Source: Candidatus Aenigmatarchaeota archaeon (GTDB lineage Archaea > Aenigmatarchaeota > Aenigmatarchaeia > Aenigmatarchaeales > Aenigmatarchaeaceae). From it: a DNA stretch of 40,741 nt. The DNA lies in contig JAGGXH010000038.1 of assembly GCA_021163145.1 (NCBI GenBank), positions 1-40,741 of the forward strand, read 5' to 3'. The notes under the pieces were generated by a model. The model saw only the letters and a list, made by a program, of their open reading frames with translations. It ran no database searches and was not told where the DNA came from. Shown here in pieces: positions 8,311 through 16,469 of the stretch. The position numbers and the translations under genes were made by a program. Every line of letters begins with the position of its first letter. Within the stretch, counting starts at the first letter, position 1.

Positions 8311-8445
8311 ATGGTAATCTTTGAGTGCTATAATGAAGATGGTAGTGTTAGTTACCATGAAATTGATGGAGATCCAAATAGTGAAGAGGTTTGTACTAAA
8401 GATGGAATGCCTGTTCTTAATGATCCAGAATATTTTAATGAATAA
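8311..8445 (+). CDS. Small acidic hypothetical protein, 44 aa
   Basis: Not in the ORF track. Translation: MVIFECYNEDGSVSYHEIDGDPNSEEVCTKDGMPVLNDPEYFNE. AGGTG lies 7 nt upstream of the ATG. Confidence 0.35.
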   Translation: MVIFECYNEDGSVSYHEIDGDPNSEEVCTKDGMPVLNDPEYFNE

Positions 8446-8476
8446 TTTATTTATTTTATAAATTTCTATTTAATTT

Positions 8477-8932
8477 ATGTTAAATAAATTATTTTTAGTT
8501 GCATTAACTGCATTAATGCCTATTTCAGAACTAAGAGGTGCTATTCCACTTGGATTTTCTTTAGGAATTTCGCCTATATTAATAGTACTAATATCTATTA
8601 TTGCAAACATCTTGATTTTCTTTCCAATTTATTTTGGCTTAAAGTTATTTTACAATAAATATTTGTATAAAATAAAGTTTGTTCAAACAAACTTGAAAAG
8701 AATAAGGAAAAAGAAAAAATATATTGATAATTATGGATTTTTTGGTTTAATATTAATTGTTGCAATACCATTACCATTTACAGGTGTATGGACAGGTACA
8801 ATATTAGCTTGGTTACTTGGATTAGATTTGAAAAAAAGTTTTATTTCAATTTGTTGTGGTGTATTAATAGCAGCTATAATTGTTACACTAATTAGTTTTG
8901 GAATAGGTTTAAATAATTTTCTATATATATAG
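8477..8932 (+). CDS. Small integral membrane protein (putative small multidrug export family, COG2426-like)
   Basis: Four hydrophobic segments. N-terminal ISELRGAIPLG is the motif I recall for this family. Confidence 0.6.
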   Translation: MLNKLFLVALTALMPISELRGAIPLGFSLGISPILIVLISIIANILIFFPIYFGLKLFYNKYLYKIKFVQTNLKRIRKKKKYIDNYGFFGLILIVAIPLPFTGVWTGTILAWLLGLDLKKSFISICCGVLIAAIIVTLISFGIGLNNFLYI

Positions 8933-8937
8933 TAAGT

Positions 8938-9783
8938 ATGCCTAAAGTACGATTAGAATATAAATTATCTGAAATAGATACTGTAGCATTTGTTCTACCT
9001 GAACCTGAATTAATAAATAGAAAATATTGGTATTCTGGAAAACATATAGAAGTTAATTATACTAAGGATTATGGAGCATTAGATTTTTTGAAAGAAACAG
9101 GTGTTTATAACTCAGAAATAAATGTTAATAATGGGCATGTCTACTTTAATCTCTGTATGAAAAGTTTTCGAGATTCTGAATATGCTGATTCAGATACTAT
9201 ATTAAAAATAATTGATAGAGAGAGGTTAATGAAAGATCTTGAAGAAAAAGGATATGCATTTCTTATGCCTGATAAAAGCAAACTTTCAAGCTTATATAAG
9301 TATGAAATAAAGCAACTAAGTAGGTGCCATTTTATTGAGCGTCCAAATGATAAAACTTATATGGTAAATTTATCAAAATTACAAGAATTAGAAATATATG
9401 ATACATTAAACAAAGAATTAATTGAAAATGAATTTCCTGGTTATTATGCAAGACATTTTAAGGCACAAGAAGCAATTGAATTATGTTCTTCAGACAATGA
9501 TTTTAGAAAGTTTATGGAAATCTTTAATTGGCAACATATTTATTGCAGAGAAGTTATATATCTTTTAGCTAGATTGCCTTGCCAGAAATTAACAGAAGAT
9601 GACTTTGTTATATCAAAAACCGGTCCAGATGAGTTAATTCCAATTGGTGCTTCTCATATAAGCTTTAGATTTGAAGATGAAGGAGATATAAGATATTCTA
9701 TAATAGGAGAACTTGATATTACTGAGGGCGGCTTTGCAGCAAATCCTTCTGCTTTAAAATTAGCACCTAAAAAAGTAGCTTAA
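8938..9783 (+). CDS. Hypothetical protein
   Basis: 281-aa ORF with no recognisable motif. Convergent with thrS, with 3 nt between the stops. Confidence 0.55.
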   Translation: MPKVRLEYKLSEIDTVAFVLPEPELINRKYWYSGKHIEVNYTKDYGALDFLKETGVYNSEINVNNGHVYFNLCMKSFRDSEYADSDTILKIIDRERLMKDLEEKGYAFLMPDKSKLSSLYKYEIKQLSRCHFIERPNDKTYMVNLSKLQELEIYDTLNKELIENEFPGYYARHFKAQEAIELCSSDNDFRKFMEIFNWQHIYCREVIYLLARLPCQKLTEDDFVISKTGPDELIPIGASHISFRFEDEGDIRYSIIGELDITEGGFAANPSALKLAPKKVA

Positions 9784-9786
9784 TAA

Positions 9787-11004
9787 TTATTCTTTATTTT
9801 TTATTTTTTCTTTTATTTCATTTATAAAATCTTCTAATTTAATTCCAAACCTAACTTTTCCTGATCTATCACGTATAGCTAATGTTTTGTTTTCTTCTTC
9901 TTTGTTCCCAAGTGTTATAATATAAGGTATTTTTTGCAATTCTGCATCTCTTACTTTGTGTTGAACTGTTTCTGATCTAAAATCATCTTCAACCCTTAAA
10001 TCAGCATCTTTTAATTTATTAGAAACTTCTTTTGCATATTCAATGTTTTTATCTGTAAATGATAATACTTTTATTTGAACAGGTGATAACCATATTGGTA
10101 ACGCACCTTGATAATATTCAATTAATAATGCCATTGTTCTTTCCAGTGCTCCTATTGATGATCTATGAATTATTATTGGTCTATGCTCTTTATTATCTTC
10201 TCCTTTATATGTCATGTCAAATCTTTCTGCAAGTGCAAAATCAAATTGAATTGTAAATATTGTATCTTCTTTACCATAGACATTTTTCATTTGAATATCT
10301 AATTTTGGTCCATAAAAAGCAGCTTCACCTTCTGCTTCAATATACTTTAATTTTAATTTATCTAATATTTTTTTCATTATTTTTTGTGATGTTTCCCATG
10401 CTTCTGGATTATCAATATATTTTTCTTTTTTATTTGGATCCCATTTTGAAAATCTATACCAATAATCTTTAAACCCAAGACATTTCATTACATAGTTTAT
10501 TAAATCAAGAACATTTTCAAATTCTTGTTCTATTTGTTCTGGTGTACATATAATGTGTGCATCTGCTAGACTAAATTGTCTAACTCTTATTAATCCATGC
10601 ATTTCTCCTGACTGTTCATTTCTAAATAATTCTGCAACTTCAGCATATCTTATTGGCAATTCCTTATAACTTCTTGGCCTAGATTTATATATCATAAAAT
10701 GATGTGGGCAAGCCATTGGTCTTAATGCAAATTCTTCATCATCTATATTAAATATAAACATATGTTTTCTATATAGATCCAAGTGTCCTGATATCTTATA
10801 TAGTTCTGTTTTAGTTAATACAGGAGTACATATATGTTGATATCCTCTTTTAATTTCTTCATCTTCTATAAACCTTCTTAAAATTCTTTTTATTGTTGCA
10901 CCTTTAGGTGTTAATAAAGGTAATCCTCTTCCTATAATATCACTTTGTACAAATAAATCTAGTTCTTTTCCTAATTTTATATGATCTTTTTTATCTTTTT
11001 CCAT
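9787..11004 (-). CDS. thrS: Threonyl-tRNA synthetase, catalytic core plus anticodon-binding domain only (no N-terminal editing/TGS region)
   Basis: Begins at DHIKLGKELDLF...GRGLPLLTPKGA, the ThrRS core entry motif. Also has zinc-site RPMACPHH, class II motifs, and a C-terminal anticodon-binding domain (PIWLSPVQIKVL). Only 405 aa. Confidence 0.85.
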   Translation of the reverse strand: MEKDKKDHIKLGKELDLFVQSDIIGRGLPLLTPKGATIKRILRRFIEDEEIKRGYQHICTPVLTKTELYKISGHLDLYRKHMFIFNIDDEEFALRPMACPHHFMIYKSRPRSYKELPIRYAEVAELFRNEQSGEMHGLIRVRQFSLADAHIICTPEQIEQEFENVLDLINYVMKCLGFKDYWYRFSKWDPNKKEKYIDNPEAWETSQKIMKKILDKLKLKYIEAEGEAAFYGPKLDIQMKNVYGKEDTIFTIQFDFALAERFDMTYKGEDNKEHRPIIIHRSSIGALERTMALLIEYYQGALPIWLSPVQIKVLSFTDKNIEYAKEVSNKLKDADLRVEDDFRSETVQHKVRDAELQKIPYIITLGNKEEENKTLAIRDRSGKVRFGIKLEDFINEIKEKIKNKE

Positions 11005-11059
11005 AATATCACTATATATTAATAATTTAAATAAGTGTTTTTATTAATATTTACTACAT

Positions 11060-11168
11060 AGCCCCGTCGTCTAGTGGCCAAGGATAGCTGGCTTTGGTAC
11101 TAATTACCAAAGCTCTGATTTGGTGAAGAGACCAGCTGACGTAGGTTCGAATCCTGCCGGGGCTACCA
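11060..11168 (+). tRNA. tRNA-Gln(UUG) with one canonical 33-nt intron (11098-11130), CCA encoded
   Basis: Acceptor AGCCCCG/CGGGGCU (A1-U72), D stem GUCU/GGAU, anticodon stem GCUGG/CCAGC (11087-11091 / 11132-11136), T arm GUAGG-UUCGAAU-CCUGC, A73. Loop CUUUGG|intron|A, anticodon at 11094-11096. Textbook BHB: central helix CUUU/GAAG, bulges GG|U and AG|A, outer helix ACUAA/UUGGU. Confidence 0.9.
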
Positions 11169-11205
11169 TTTAAATACTTTGGTAGTTAACAAAATTAGTG
11201 ATAAT

Positions 11206-11628
11206 ATGGGTTTGTTTAGTGGAAGAAAAATGAAACAGCAAAGAAAGAAGAAAAAATGGAAGAAAACAGCTTATAAAGTGAGAAAACTAAAGTTAAAAAT
11301 AAAAAAAGACCCATTAGGTGGAGCACCACAAGCAAAAGGAATTGTTCTTGCAAAAAAAGGTATAGAGCAAAAGCAGCCACACTCTGGAATAATTAAATGT
11401 GTTAAAGTTCAATTACTTAAAAATGGAAAAGAAATTACTGCATTTTGCCCAAGAGATGGCGCAATAAAACATATCAATGAACACGATGAAGTTTTAGTTG
11501 AGGGTTTGGGAGGATCACAAGGTGGTCCTGTTGGATCAATGCACGGTGTAAGATGGAAAGTAATTAAAGTTAATAATATTCCATTAGAATCATTAAGAAC
11601 AGGAAAAGCAAAGAAAGCGGTTAGATAA
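11206..11628 (+). CDS. rps12: 30S ribosomal protein S12 (uS12)
   Basis: GLFSGRKMK...DPLGGAPQAKGIVL...KQPHSGIIKCVKVQL..NGKEITAFCP.DG...I.EHDEVLVEG is the archaeal uS12 pattern. The ATG at 11206 is preferred over the TTG at 11179, which would start 11 nt after the tRNA. Confidence 0.9.
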   Translation: MGLFSGRKMKQQRKKKKWKKTAYKVRKLKLKIKKDPLGGAPQAKGIVLAKKGIEQKQPHSGIIKCVKVQLLKNGKEITAFCPRDGAIKHINEHDEVLVEGLGGSQGGPVGSMHGVRWKVIKVNNIPLESLRTGKAKKAVR

Positions 11629-11630
11629 TT

Positions 11631-12221
11631 ATGAAGTTATTTGATAAATATGATTTAAGTGGGATAAAAGTTGAAGATTCAGGATTAAAAGATTATATTT
11701 GTTTAAAACCTGTTTTAGTTCCAAGAACATGTGGTAGACATGCAAAGCAACAATTTCATAAATCAAATATTAATATAGTTGAAAGATTAATTAATCATCT
11801 TTATGTACCAGGACATAAAAGAAAAAGACACTTTATTTCAAGTGGATATTGTTCTGGAAACACTGAAACAGTTTATAAGATAGTAATGGATACATTTGAT
11901 AGAATTGAAAAAAAGACAGGAAAAAATCCAATTGAAGTGTTTATTAGAGCAATTGAAAATTCTGCAATAAGAGAAGAAGTTACATCTTTTCAAGTTGGTG
12001 GTATAATAGTTAGAAAAGCAGTGGTAACATCACCTCAAAGAAGAATTGATTTAGCATTAAGAAATATGGTACAAGGATCATATCAAAAAGCAAAGAAAGC
12101 AAATAAAAAGATGTATATTGCACTTTCAGATGAAATTATAAATGCATATAATAGTTCTTCTGATTCATATGCAGTTAAAGAAAAAGATAGAACAGAAAAA
12201 GAAGCTGCAAGTTCAAGATAA
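11631..12221 (+). CDS. rps7: 30S ribosomal protein S7 (uS7)
   Basis: Immediately follows rps12. VERLINHL...IRAIENSAIREEVTS is the archaeal uS7 pattern. Confidence 0.9.
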   Translation: MKLFDKYDLSGIKVEDSGLKDYICLKPVLVPRTCGRHAKQQFHKSNINIVERLINHLYVPGHKRKRHFISSGYCSGNTETVYKIVMDTFDRIEKKTGKNPIEVFIRAIENSAIREEVTSFQVGGIIVRKAVVTSPQRRIDLALRNMVQGSYQKAKKANKKMYIALSDEIINAYNSSSDSYAVKEKDRTEKEAASSR

Positions 12222-12656
12222 TTATATTGGAGATATATTTATTCTAAATGTATAATTCCCAATAGAACTATTTGGATAAAATTGATGTTTTATATAAATG
12301 TACACATCATCTACTGGTATTTCTATTATATTTCCTATTGTATTATTTTTTGTATCATCTGTGATTGTAGTATTAACATCACTTGAATTATTACCAATGT
12401 TTTCTATGCTTATATTAACAGTTATTGGTATTTTTGCTTTATTGTCAAGTTTTATTTTAGGAGAAAATAATGTCTCTCCTTGATAACCTGATATACTATA
12501 ATATGTATCATTAGATGTACCCATTATATCAAGTATAATAGATTGTTTGATTGTTGCATAACCAGTTATTGACCCATAAGAAGTCATTATAGCTGTTCCA
12601 ATTCCAGTAGTTAAAATAAGTCCTAATATTATTGTACCTATAATTAATTTTTTCAT
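12222..12656 (-). CDS. Secreted or membrane-anchored hypothetical protein
   Basis: N-terminal signal/anchor MKKLIIGTIILGLILTTGIGTAIM. The remainder is rich in N/T/I. Its stop abuts the rps7 stop with no gap. Confidence 0.55.
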   Translation of the reverse strand: MKKLIIGTIILGLILTTGIGTAIMTSYGSITGYATIKQSIILDIMGTSNDTYYSISGYQGETLFSPKIKLDNKAKIPITVNISIENIGNNSSDVNTTITDDTKNNTIGNIIEIPVDDVYIYIKHQFYPNSSIGNYTFRINISPI

Positions 12657-12703
12657 ATTATTTCTAACAATATTTTTTAATAGATATATGATAATTACCT
12701 ATA

Positions 12704-13972
12704 TCAGTGGTGTACTAAGATACTATATTTCCATAGAATTTCCATTGCTTTAACAGCTCTTTGTGGTGATGCATAAACAGGTATTCCTATATTTTGCATC
12801 TTCTTTATATGAAGTAATGTAAAATTATTTTTAGAAATTACAAATACAATTGGTTTTCCATATATCTTTGCATCTGCCATGATGTCTATTATATCTGGTC
12901 TTATCTTTCCTTCATATACAGAGAGTATAAATATTAATCCAGCAACAGATTCATCTTTTAATATATAATTTATTTTCTTTTCAAATGTTTCTTCATCTGG
13001 CATTTTTATTATATTATCTTGGATTTCTATTTTCTTCAAAAGATTTTTAGAATAATCTGCTGACATTAGTTCACTGTTTATTAAATTATGATAACAAATT
13101 TTTCCTAAAGATGTTGTATTAGATACAATAGCAATTCCCTTGTGTTTTAATAATGGAAGTTTTTCAAAAGTCTTTGCATAATCAAATAGTTCTTCTATAT
13201 TATCAGTTTCAATTATATTAGCTTTTTTAAATGCTTCTGAATATATTTGACTTTTCATTGTTCCTATTTCAGAAGTTAGAACAACAATTGGTTTTTTATC
13301 ACTTATTTTTTTAGCAACTTTTATGAACTCAATTCCATTTTCAATGTTTTCAATATACATTATTATGCATCTTGTTTCCATGTCTTTTCCTAAAACATTT
13401 AATATTTCAGTAGGGTCTTCGCTTCCTATTGAAATATATTTGGAAATTCCTATGCCTTCATATGTCATAAAATCAAATATAGTTGGACCAATTGTTCTTG
13501 ATTGATCAATTATAGATATATTTCCTTGTATTGGTCTAGGAAGCTTTTTTCTTGTAAAAAATAGAAAATCTGTATCCTTGCTATATACACCTATTGAATT
13601 TGGACCAATTATTTCTATTTTATCTTTAAAGTGCTTCTTTATTTTTTTTATTTCTTCTTTTGTTTTTTCGTTTTCATCTATTTCAGAAATTAATATGCAA
13701 TATTTAATCTTTCTCTTCACACATTCAGAAATAACATTTTTTAATTCTGATAATGGCTTGTCTATTATAGCAACGTCAATAGGATCTTCTATTTCTGATA
13801 ATGATTCAAATGTTTGTTTATGGAATAATTCTGAAAAAACTGCACTTATAATATAGGTATCTCCATGAAAATTTCTTAAGAGATTATAACTTAAATTATA
13901 TGTTTTACTATTTTCTTCATCTACATCTATTACAACAACTGATTTAGATTCAAATAATTTATTTAATTTCAT
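12704..13972 (-). CDS. ADP-forming acetyl-CoA synthetase (ACD) alpha-like protein, apparently degenerate
   Basis: Collinear with ACD alpha: IIGPNSIGV, GNISIIDQSRTIG, GIGISKYISIGSE, IIMYIENIENGIEFIKVAKKISDKKPIVVL, IEELFD, IAIVSNTTSLG. The Gly-rich CoA-binding N-terminus and the H-T-G-S-L-A-G-type phosphohistidine loop are not visible. Confidence 0.65.
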   Translation of the reverse strand: MKLNKLFESKSVVVIDVDEENSKTYNLSYNLLRNFHGDTYIISAVFSELFHKQTFESLSEIEDPIDVAIIDKPLSELKNVISECVKRKIKYCILISEIDENEKTKEEIKKIKKHFKDKIEIIGPNSIGVYSKDTDFLFFTRKKLPRPIQGNISIIDQSRTIGPTIFDFMTYEGIGISKYISIGSEDPTEILNVLGKDMETRCIIMYIENIENGIEFIKVAKKISDKKPIVVLTSEIGTMKSQIYSEAFKKANIIETDNIEELFDYAKTFEKLPLLKHKGIAIVSNTTSLGKICYHNLINSELMSADYSKNLLKKIEIQDNIIKMPDEETFEKKINYILKDESVAGLIFILSVYEGKIRPDIIDIMADAKIYGKPIVFVISKNNFTLLHIKKMQNIGIPVYASPQRAVKAMEILWKYSILVHH

Positions 13973-14004
13973 AATGCTCTATTTATTATTAGTAATATAA
14001 ATAA

Positions 14005-14262
14005 TTACTCTTCTAGTTTATATACATGGCTTCCTTCTGCAACAGGTTCTACAGTCTTTAATCCAACTTTATCTCCAGCTTTTGCTTCTTCTATATTTTG
14101 ATGTTCTACTTGCATTGATTCTACTGTTTGCTCAACCTTTTTTTCTCCTTTTTCTATTGAAATCTTGTCACCAACCTTTACAGATCCTTCTGTTACCTCA
14201 AGTACAGCTACAGATATTTTTGGGAAAAAGTGTGTTATTTTTCCTATTAATATTTTATTCAT
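14005..14262 (-). CDS. Small beta-barrel protein resembling translation-factor domain II (EF-Tu D2-like)
   Basis: 85 aa. GKITHFFPKISVAVLEVTEGSVKVGDKISI....VESMQVEHQNIEEAKAGDKVGLK resembles stand-alone EF-Tu domain-2-like barrels. Confidence 0.5.
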   Translation of the reverse strand: MNKILIGKITHFFPKISVAVLEVTEGSVKVGDKISIEKGEKKVEQTVESMQVEHQNIEEAKAGDKVGLKTVEPVAEGSHVYKLEE

Positions 14263-14387
14263 AGCAACACCTCAAATAATTATAGTAACTGTTTTAATTT
14301 AAAGTTATCTAATTTAAATTATTTACTTTCTAGAAATAATTTTATTCAAACAAATAAGAATATATATGTTAAAAACAATAATCATTT

Positions 14388-14558
14388 ATGATAAATCTCC
14401 TTGCTCCACTAAATAAAATAAAACAAAAAACAATTTTACCTTCTGATGTTATAATTATTATGGATGATACTGAAGAAAACCTCTTCTGTAATTGTTTAGA
14501 TTGTGAAGAATTTTGTCATCAAGAATATTTTGTATGGCATCCTAAAAGAAAATATTAA
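14388..14558 (+). CDS. Small Cys-containing hypothetical ORF, 56 aa
   Basis: Not in the ORF track. Translation: MINLLAPLNKIKQKTILPSDVIIIMDDTEENLFCNCLDCEEFCHQEYFVWHPKRKY. The only support is C-x-C-x2-C-x3-C and being stop-free in AT-rich DNA. Confidence 0.3.
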   Translation: MINLLAPLNKIKQKTILPSDVIIIMDDTEENLFCNCLDCEEFCHQEYFVWHPKRKY

Positions 14559-14575
14559 GTTATTGTAAGAAAAAC

Positions 14576-14682
14576 GGAGGCCATAATTTTTGGTTATCAA
14601 GGGAGTGTCGTAGAATTATTAAATGTCTAAAATCCATGGCCTCCCTTAACAAATTAAAATAAATGGACTAGACTACGACACT
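14576..14682. ncRNA. Candidate structured RNA: two interleaved GC-rich helices (pseudoknot topology) plus a competing third helix
   Basis: P1 is GGAGGCCAT (14576-14584) with ATGGCCTCC (14636-14644). P2 is AGTGTCGTAG (14604-13) with CTACGACACT (14673-82). The order A-B-A'-B' means the helices are interleaved. Alternative P3 is AAGGGAG (14599-14605) with CTCCCTT (14641-14647). Strand undetermined. Confidence 0.4.
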
Positions 14683-14765
14683 TACTTCTTTTTCTTTGTT
14701 TTCTTTTTACCTTTTTTTGTTTTCTTCTTCTTTGTTGTTTTTTTCTTAGTTTTTTTCTTTGGCAT
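14682..14765 (-). CDS. 27-aa poly-lysine mini-ORF (MPKKKTKKKTTKKKKTKKGKKKTKKKK)
   Basis: ATG at 14765-14763, TAA at 14684-14682. Shares a 17-nt identity (14735-14751 vs 15511-15527) with the Lys-rich 5' end of the ATP-grasp gene upstream. May be a duplicated fragment rather than a gene. Confidence 0.25.
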   Translation of the reverse strand: MPKKKTKKKTTKKKKTKKGKKKTKKKK

Positions 14766-14887
14766 TTTTTTCACTTTTTTATTTTTTAATAAAATTTTTT
14801 AACGCAAGTATAAAACTTGCATAAAAATATTTTTTATTTCTCGTATATAAATGTATCGAAAAATTTTTTAATAAAAATTTTTATTAA

Positions 14888-15565
14888 TTAAGAAAATTTT
14901 ACATCAAAAACATATGAATTTTTTTCATCAAATACAATTCTTTCTACTCTTAATTCATCTATTTTATTTTTTATTGTAAAATTTGATAACTTTACAATTA
15001 AACTATACAAAGAATCAAGATTTATTTTATTTTGTAACAAATAAAATCCTTGAAGTTCTTTTACCATTGCTTCTGCATCTGGATTTGTTATTGGACATAT
15101 CCTAAATTTTACATCTTTCATTATATCTTTATATTGACCACCCATACTTACTGATGCAATATACCCAAAACTAGGGTCTTTTTTAATTAAAACTATTAAT
15201 TCTAATGCAGAATCAATATATTTTCTAATTAAGACAACATTAACACTTTTCAATCTAATTAATTTTTTAAATTCTTTTAATACTTCTTCTTTTGTAGAAA
15301 CAACAACTTCTTTATTTTCAGTGCTTAATATAGCAGGATATCCTATTTTATCAATATTTTCTAAAACATGTTTCTCTTTTTTTGCAAATAAAAATGGAAT
15401 AACAGAAATGTTTGATTTTTTTAGCATTTCAAATGCTTTTTGTTTTGAATATTTTTGTTTTTGTTCTTTTTTTACGATTTTTTTTGATTTACTTGTTTTA
15501 GAAGCTTTTTTTGTTTTTTTCTTAGTTGCTTTTTTAGATTTCTTTTTTTTAGACTTTTTAACCAT
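14888..15565 (-). CDS. ATP-grasp protein, ACD beta-subunit-like, with Lys-rich N-terminal extension
   Basis: The C-terminal ~180 aa (IGYPAILS...ELIVLIKKDPSFGYIASVSMGGQYKDIMKDVKFRICPIT..DAEAMVKEL) fits the ATP-grasp domain of ACD beta. N-terminus is MVKKSKKKKSKKATKKKTKKASKTSKSKK. The ATG at 15565 is preferred over 15604, which would overlap the divergent gene. Confidence 0.65.
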   Translation of the reverse strand: MVKKSKKKKSKKATKKKTKKASKTSKSKKIVKKEQKQKYSKQKAFEMLKKSNISVIPFLFAKKEKHVLENIDKIGYPAILSTENKEVVVSTKEEVLKEFKKLIRLKSVNVVLIRKYIDSALELIVLIKKDPSFGYIASVSMGGQYKDIMKDVKFRICPITNPDAEAMVKELQGFYLLQNKINLDSLYSLIVKLSNFTIKNKIDELRVERIVFDEKNSYVFDVKFS

Positions 15566-15619
15566 GATTATATATGTATGGTTATCTCTTTTAAATGTTT
15601 GCAATATTATAATTTTAAT

Positions 15620-16324
15620 ATGAACTTTATATTAATTGGATTGCCATATGATGAAACACAAACATGTAGAAAAGGTGCTTCTAAAGCACCTAATATGATA
15701 AGAAACATATTTCCATTATTAGAAACCTATATTGATGGTATTGATTTATCAGAACATTTTATAGAAGATCTTGGTAATTTTTCAAAAGATAATTTAAATG
15801 AAATTGATATAAACAAGTTCCCAATTATTCTTGGTGGAGAGCATAGTATAACTGAATGGATGGTTGATAAATTAAAACCAGATAATGTTGTTATATTTGA
15901 TGCTCATGCAGATTGTGAAGATTCTGAAAAACATGATGGTGTTATTAGAAGAATTGCTGAAAAAGGGTTTAATGTTTATTTAGTTAAACAAGGTTTTAGA
16001 TGCATGTCTAAAGAAGAAAAGAAATATTTGGATACAAATAAAATTAAAATTATAGATATACAAGATTTGAAAAATATTAAAGGTAAGATTTATCTTTCAA
16101 TTGATTTAGATGTTCTAGATCCAAGCATATTACCAACAGTTGGAAATCCTGAACCAGATGGTTTGAAATTTAAAGAATTAATAGAATATATCAAACCAAT
16201 TATCCCAAATTTAATTGGCTTTGATGTTGTTGAATTTACACCATTTGAGAAGGACAATGAAACCTATTTGATTATTGTTGGTAAATTAATATATAAGATT
16301 ATGAGTGAAGTTGTTAAGAGATGA
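15620..16324 (+). CDS. Ureohydrolase (agmatinase/arginase family)
   Basis: Mn-site motifs GGEHSIT, FDAHADC, SIDLDVLDPS and DVVEF. The ATG at 15620 is preferred over 15578. Short for the family at 234 aa. Confidence 0.8.
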   Translation: MNFILIGLPYDETQTCRKGASKAPNMIRNIFPLLETYIDGIDLSEHFIEDLGNFSKDNLNEIDINKFPIILGGEHSITEWMVDKLKPDNVVIFDAHADCEDSEKHDGVIRRIAEKGFNVYLVKQGFRCMSKEEKKYLDTNKIKIIDIQDLKNIKGKIYLSIDLDVLDPSILPTVGNPEPDGLKFKELIEYIKPIIPNLIGFDVVEFTPFEKDNETYLIIVGKLIYKIMSEVVKR

Positions 16325-16469
16325 TGATTTGAGAGGAAAATTATATTGGATATGAAATCAGAGGAATCAAGTTTGTACAGGAAAATGGTACAAAAGGTTA
16401 AGAAATTCATAAAGGATTCTTAGCTAAAGGTACAATATTAATAAAAATAAATAAAATCAAGAAATTATC

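Noticed and set aside
10059-10472. Plus-strand ORFs inside thrS
   Set aside because: They are antisense to a well-supported gene and have low-complexity Leu/Ile/Phe-rich products.
11179-11205. Upstream alternative starts from the track: TTG 11179 for rps12, 15578 for the ureohydrolase, 3038 for the fourth pilin-like gene, TTG 16796 for the PRC-barrel gene
   Set aside because: Downstream ATGs fit family N-termini, Shine-Dalgarno spacing or ATGA coupling better. They also avoid overlap with the tRNA or the divergent gene.
13323-13856. Plus-strand ORFs inside the ACD-alpha-like gene
   Set aside because: They are antisense to the longer family-matching ORF.
14442-14485. Hammerhead-like CUGAUG...GAAA string
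   Set aside because: The core is CUGAUGU rather than CUGAUGA, and no viable stem II or III can be drawn.
14604-14682. Minus-strand tRNA-like start (GUGUCGUAGUCUAGUCC resembles acceptor plus D arm), considered as a split or permuted tRNA
   Set aside because: There is no T-arm (GTTC-type loop) and no anticodon arm. The helix order is interleaved, unlike nested or permuted tRNA genes.
14804-14820. Hairpin GCAAGU-AUAAA-ACUUGC considered as a terminator of the ATP-grasp gene
   Set aside because: On the minus strand it is not followed by a T-tract. Archaeal termination does not require hairpins, so it is kept only as a note.
15321-15623. 100-aa plus-strand ORF opposite the Lys-rich 5' end of the ATP-grasp gene
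   Set aside because: It is the Phe-rich mirror image of an AAA/AAG-rich coding region.
16321-16430. C/D box sRNA after the ureohydrolase gene (AUGAUGA at 16321-16327)
   Set aside because: There is no CUGA at the expected D' or D positions (16340-16343 is AUUA) and no terminal stem.
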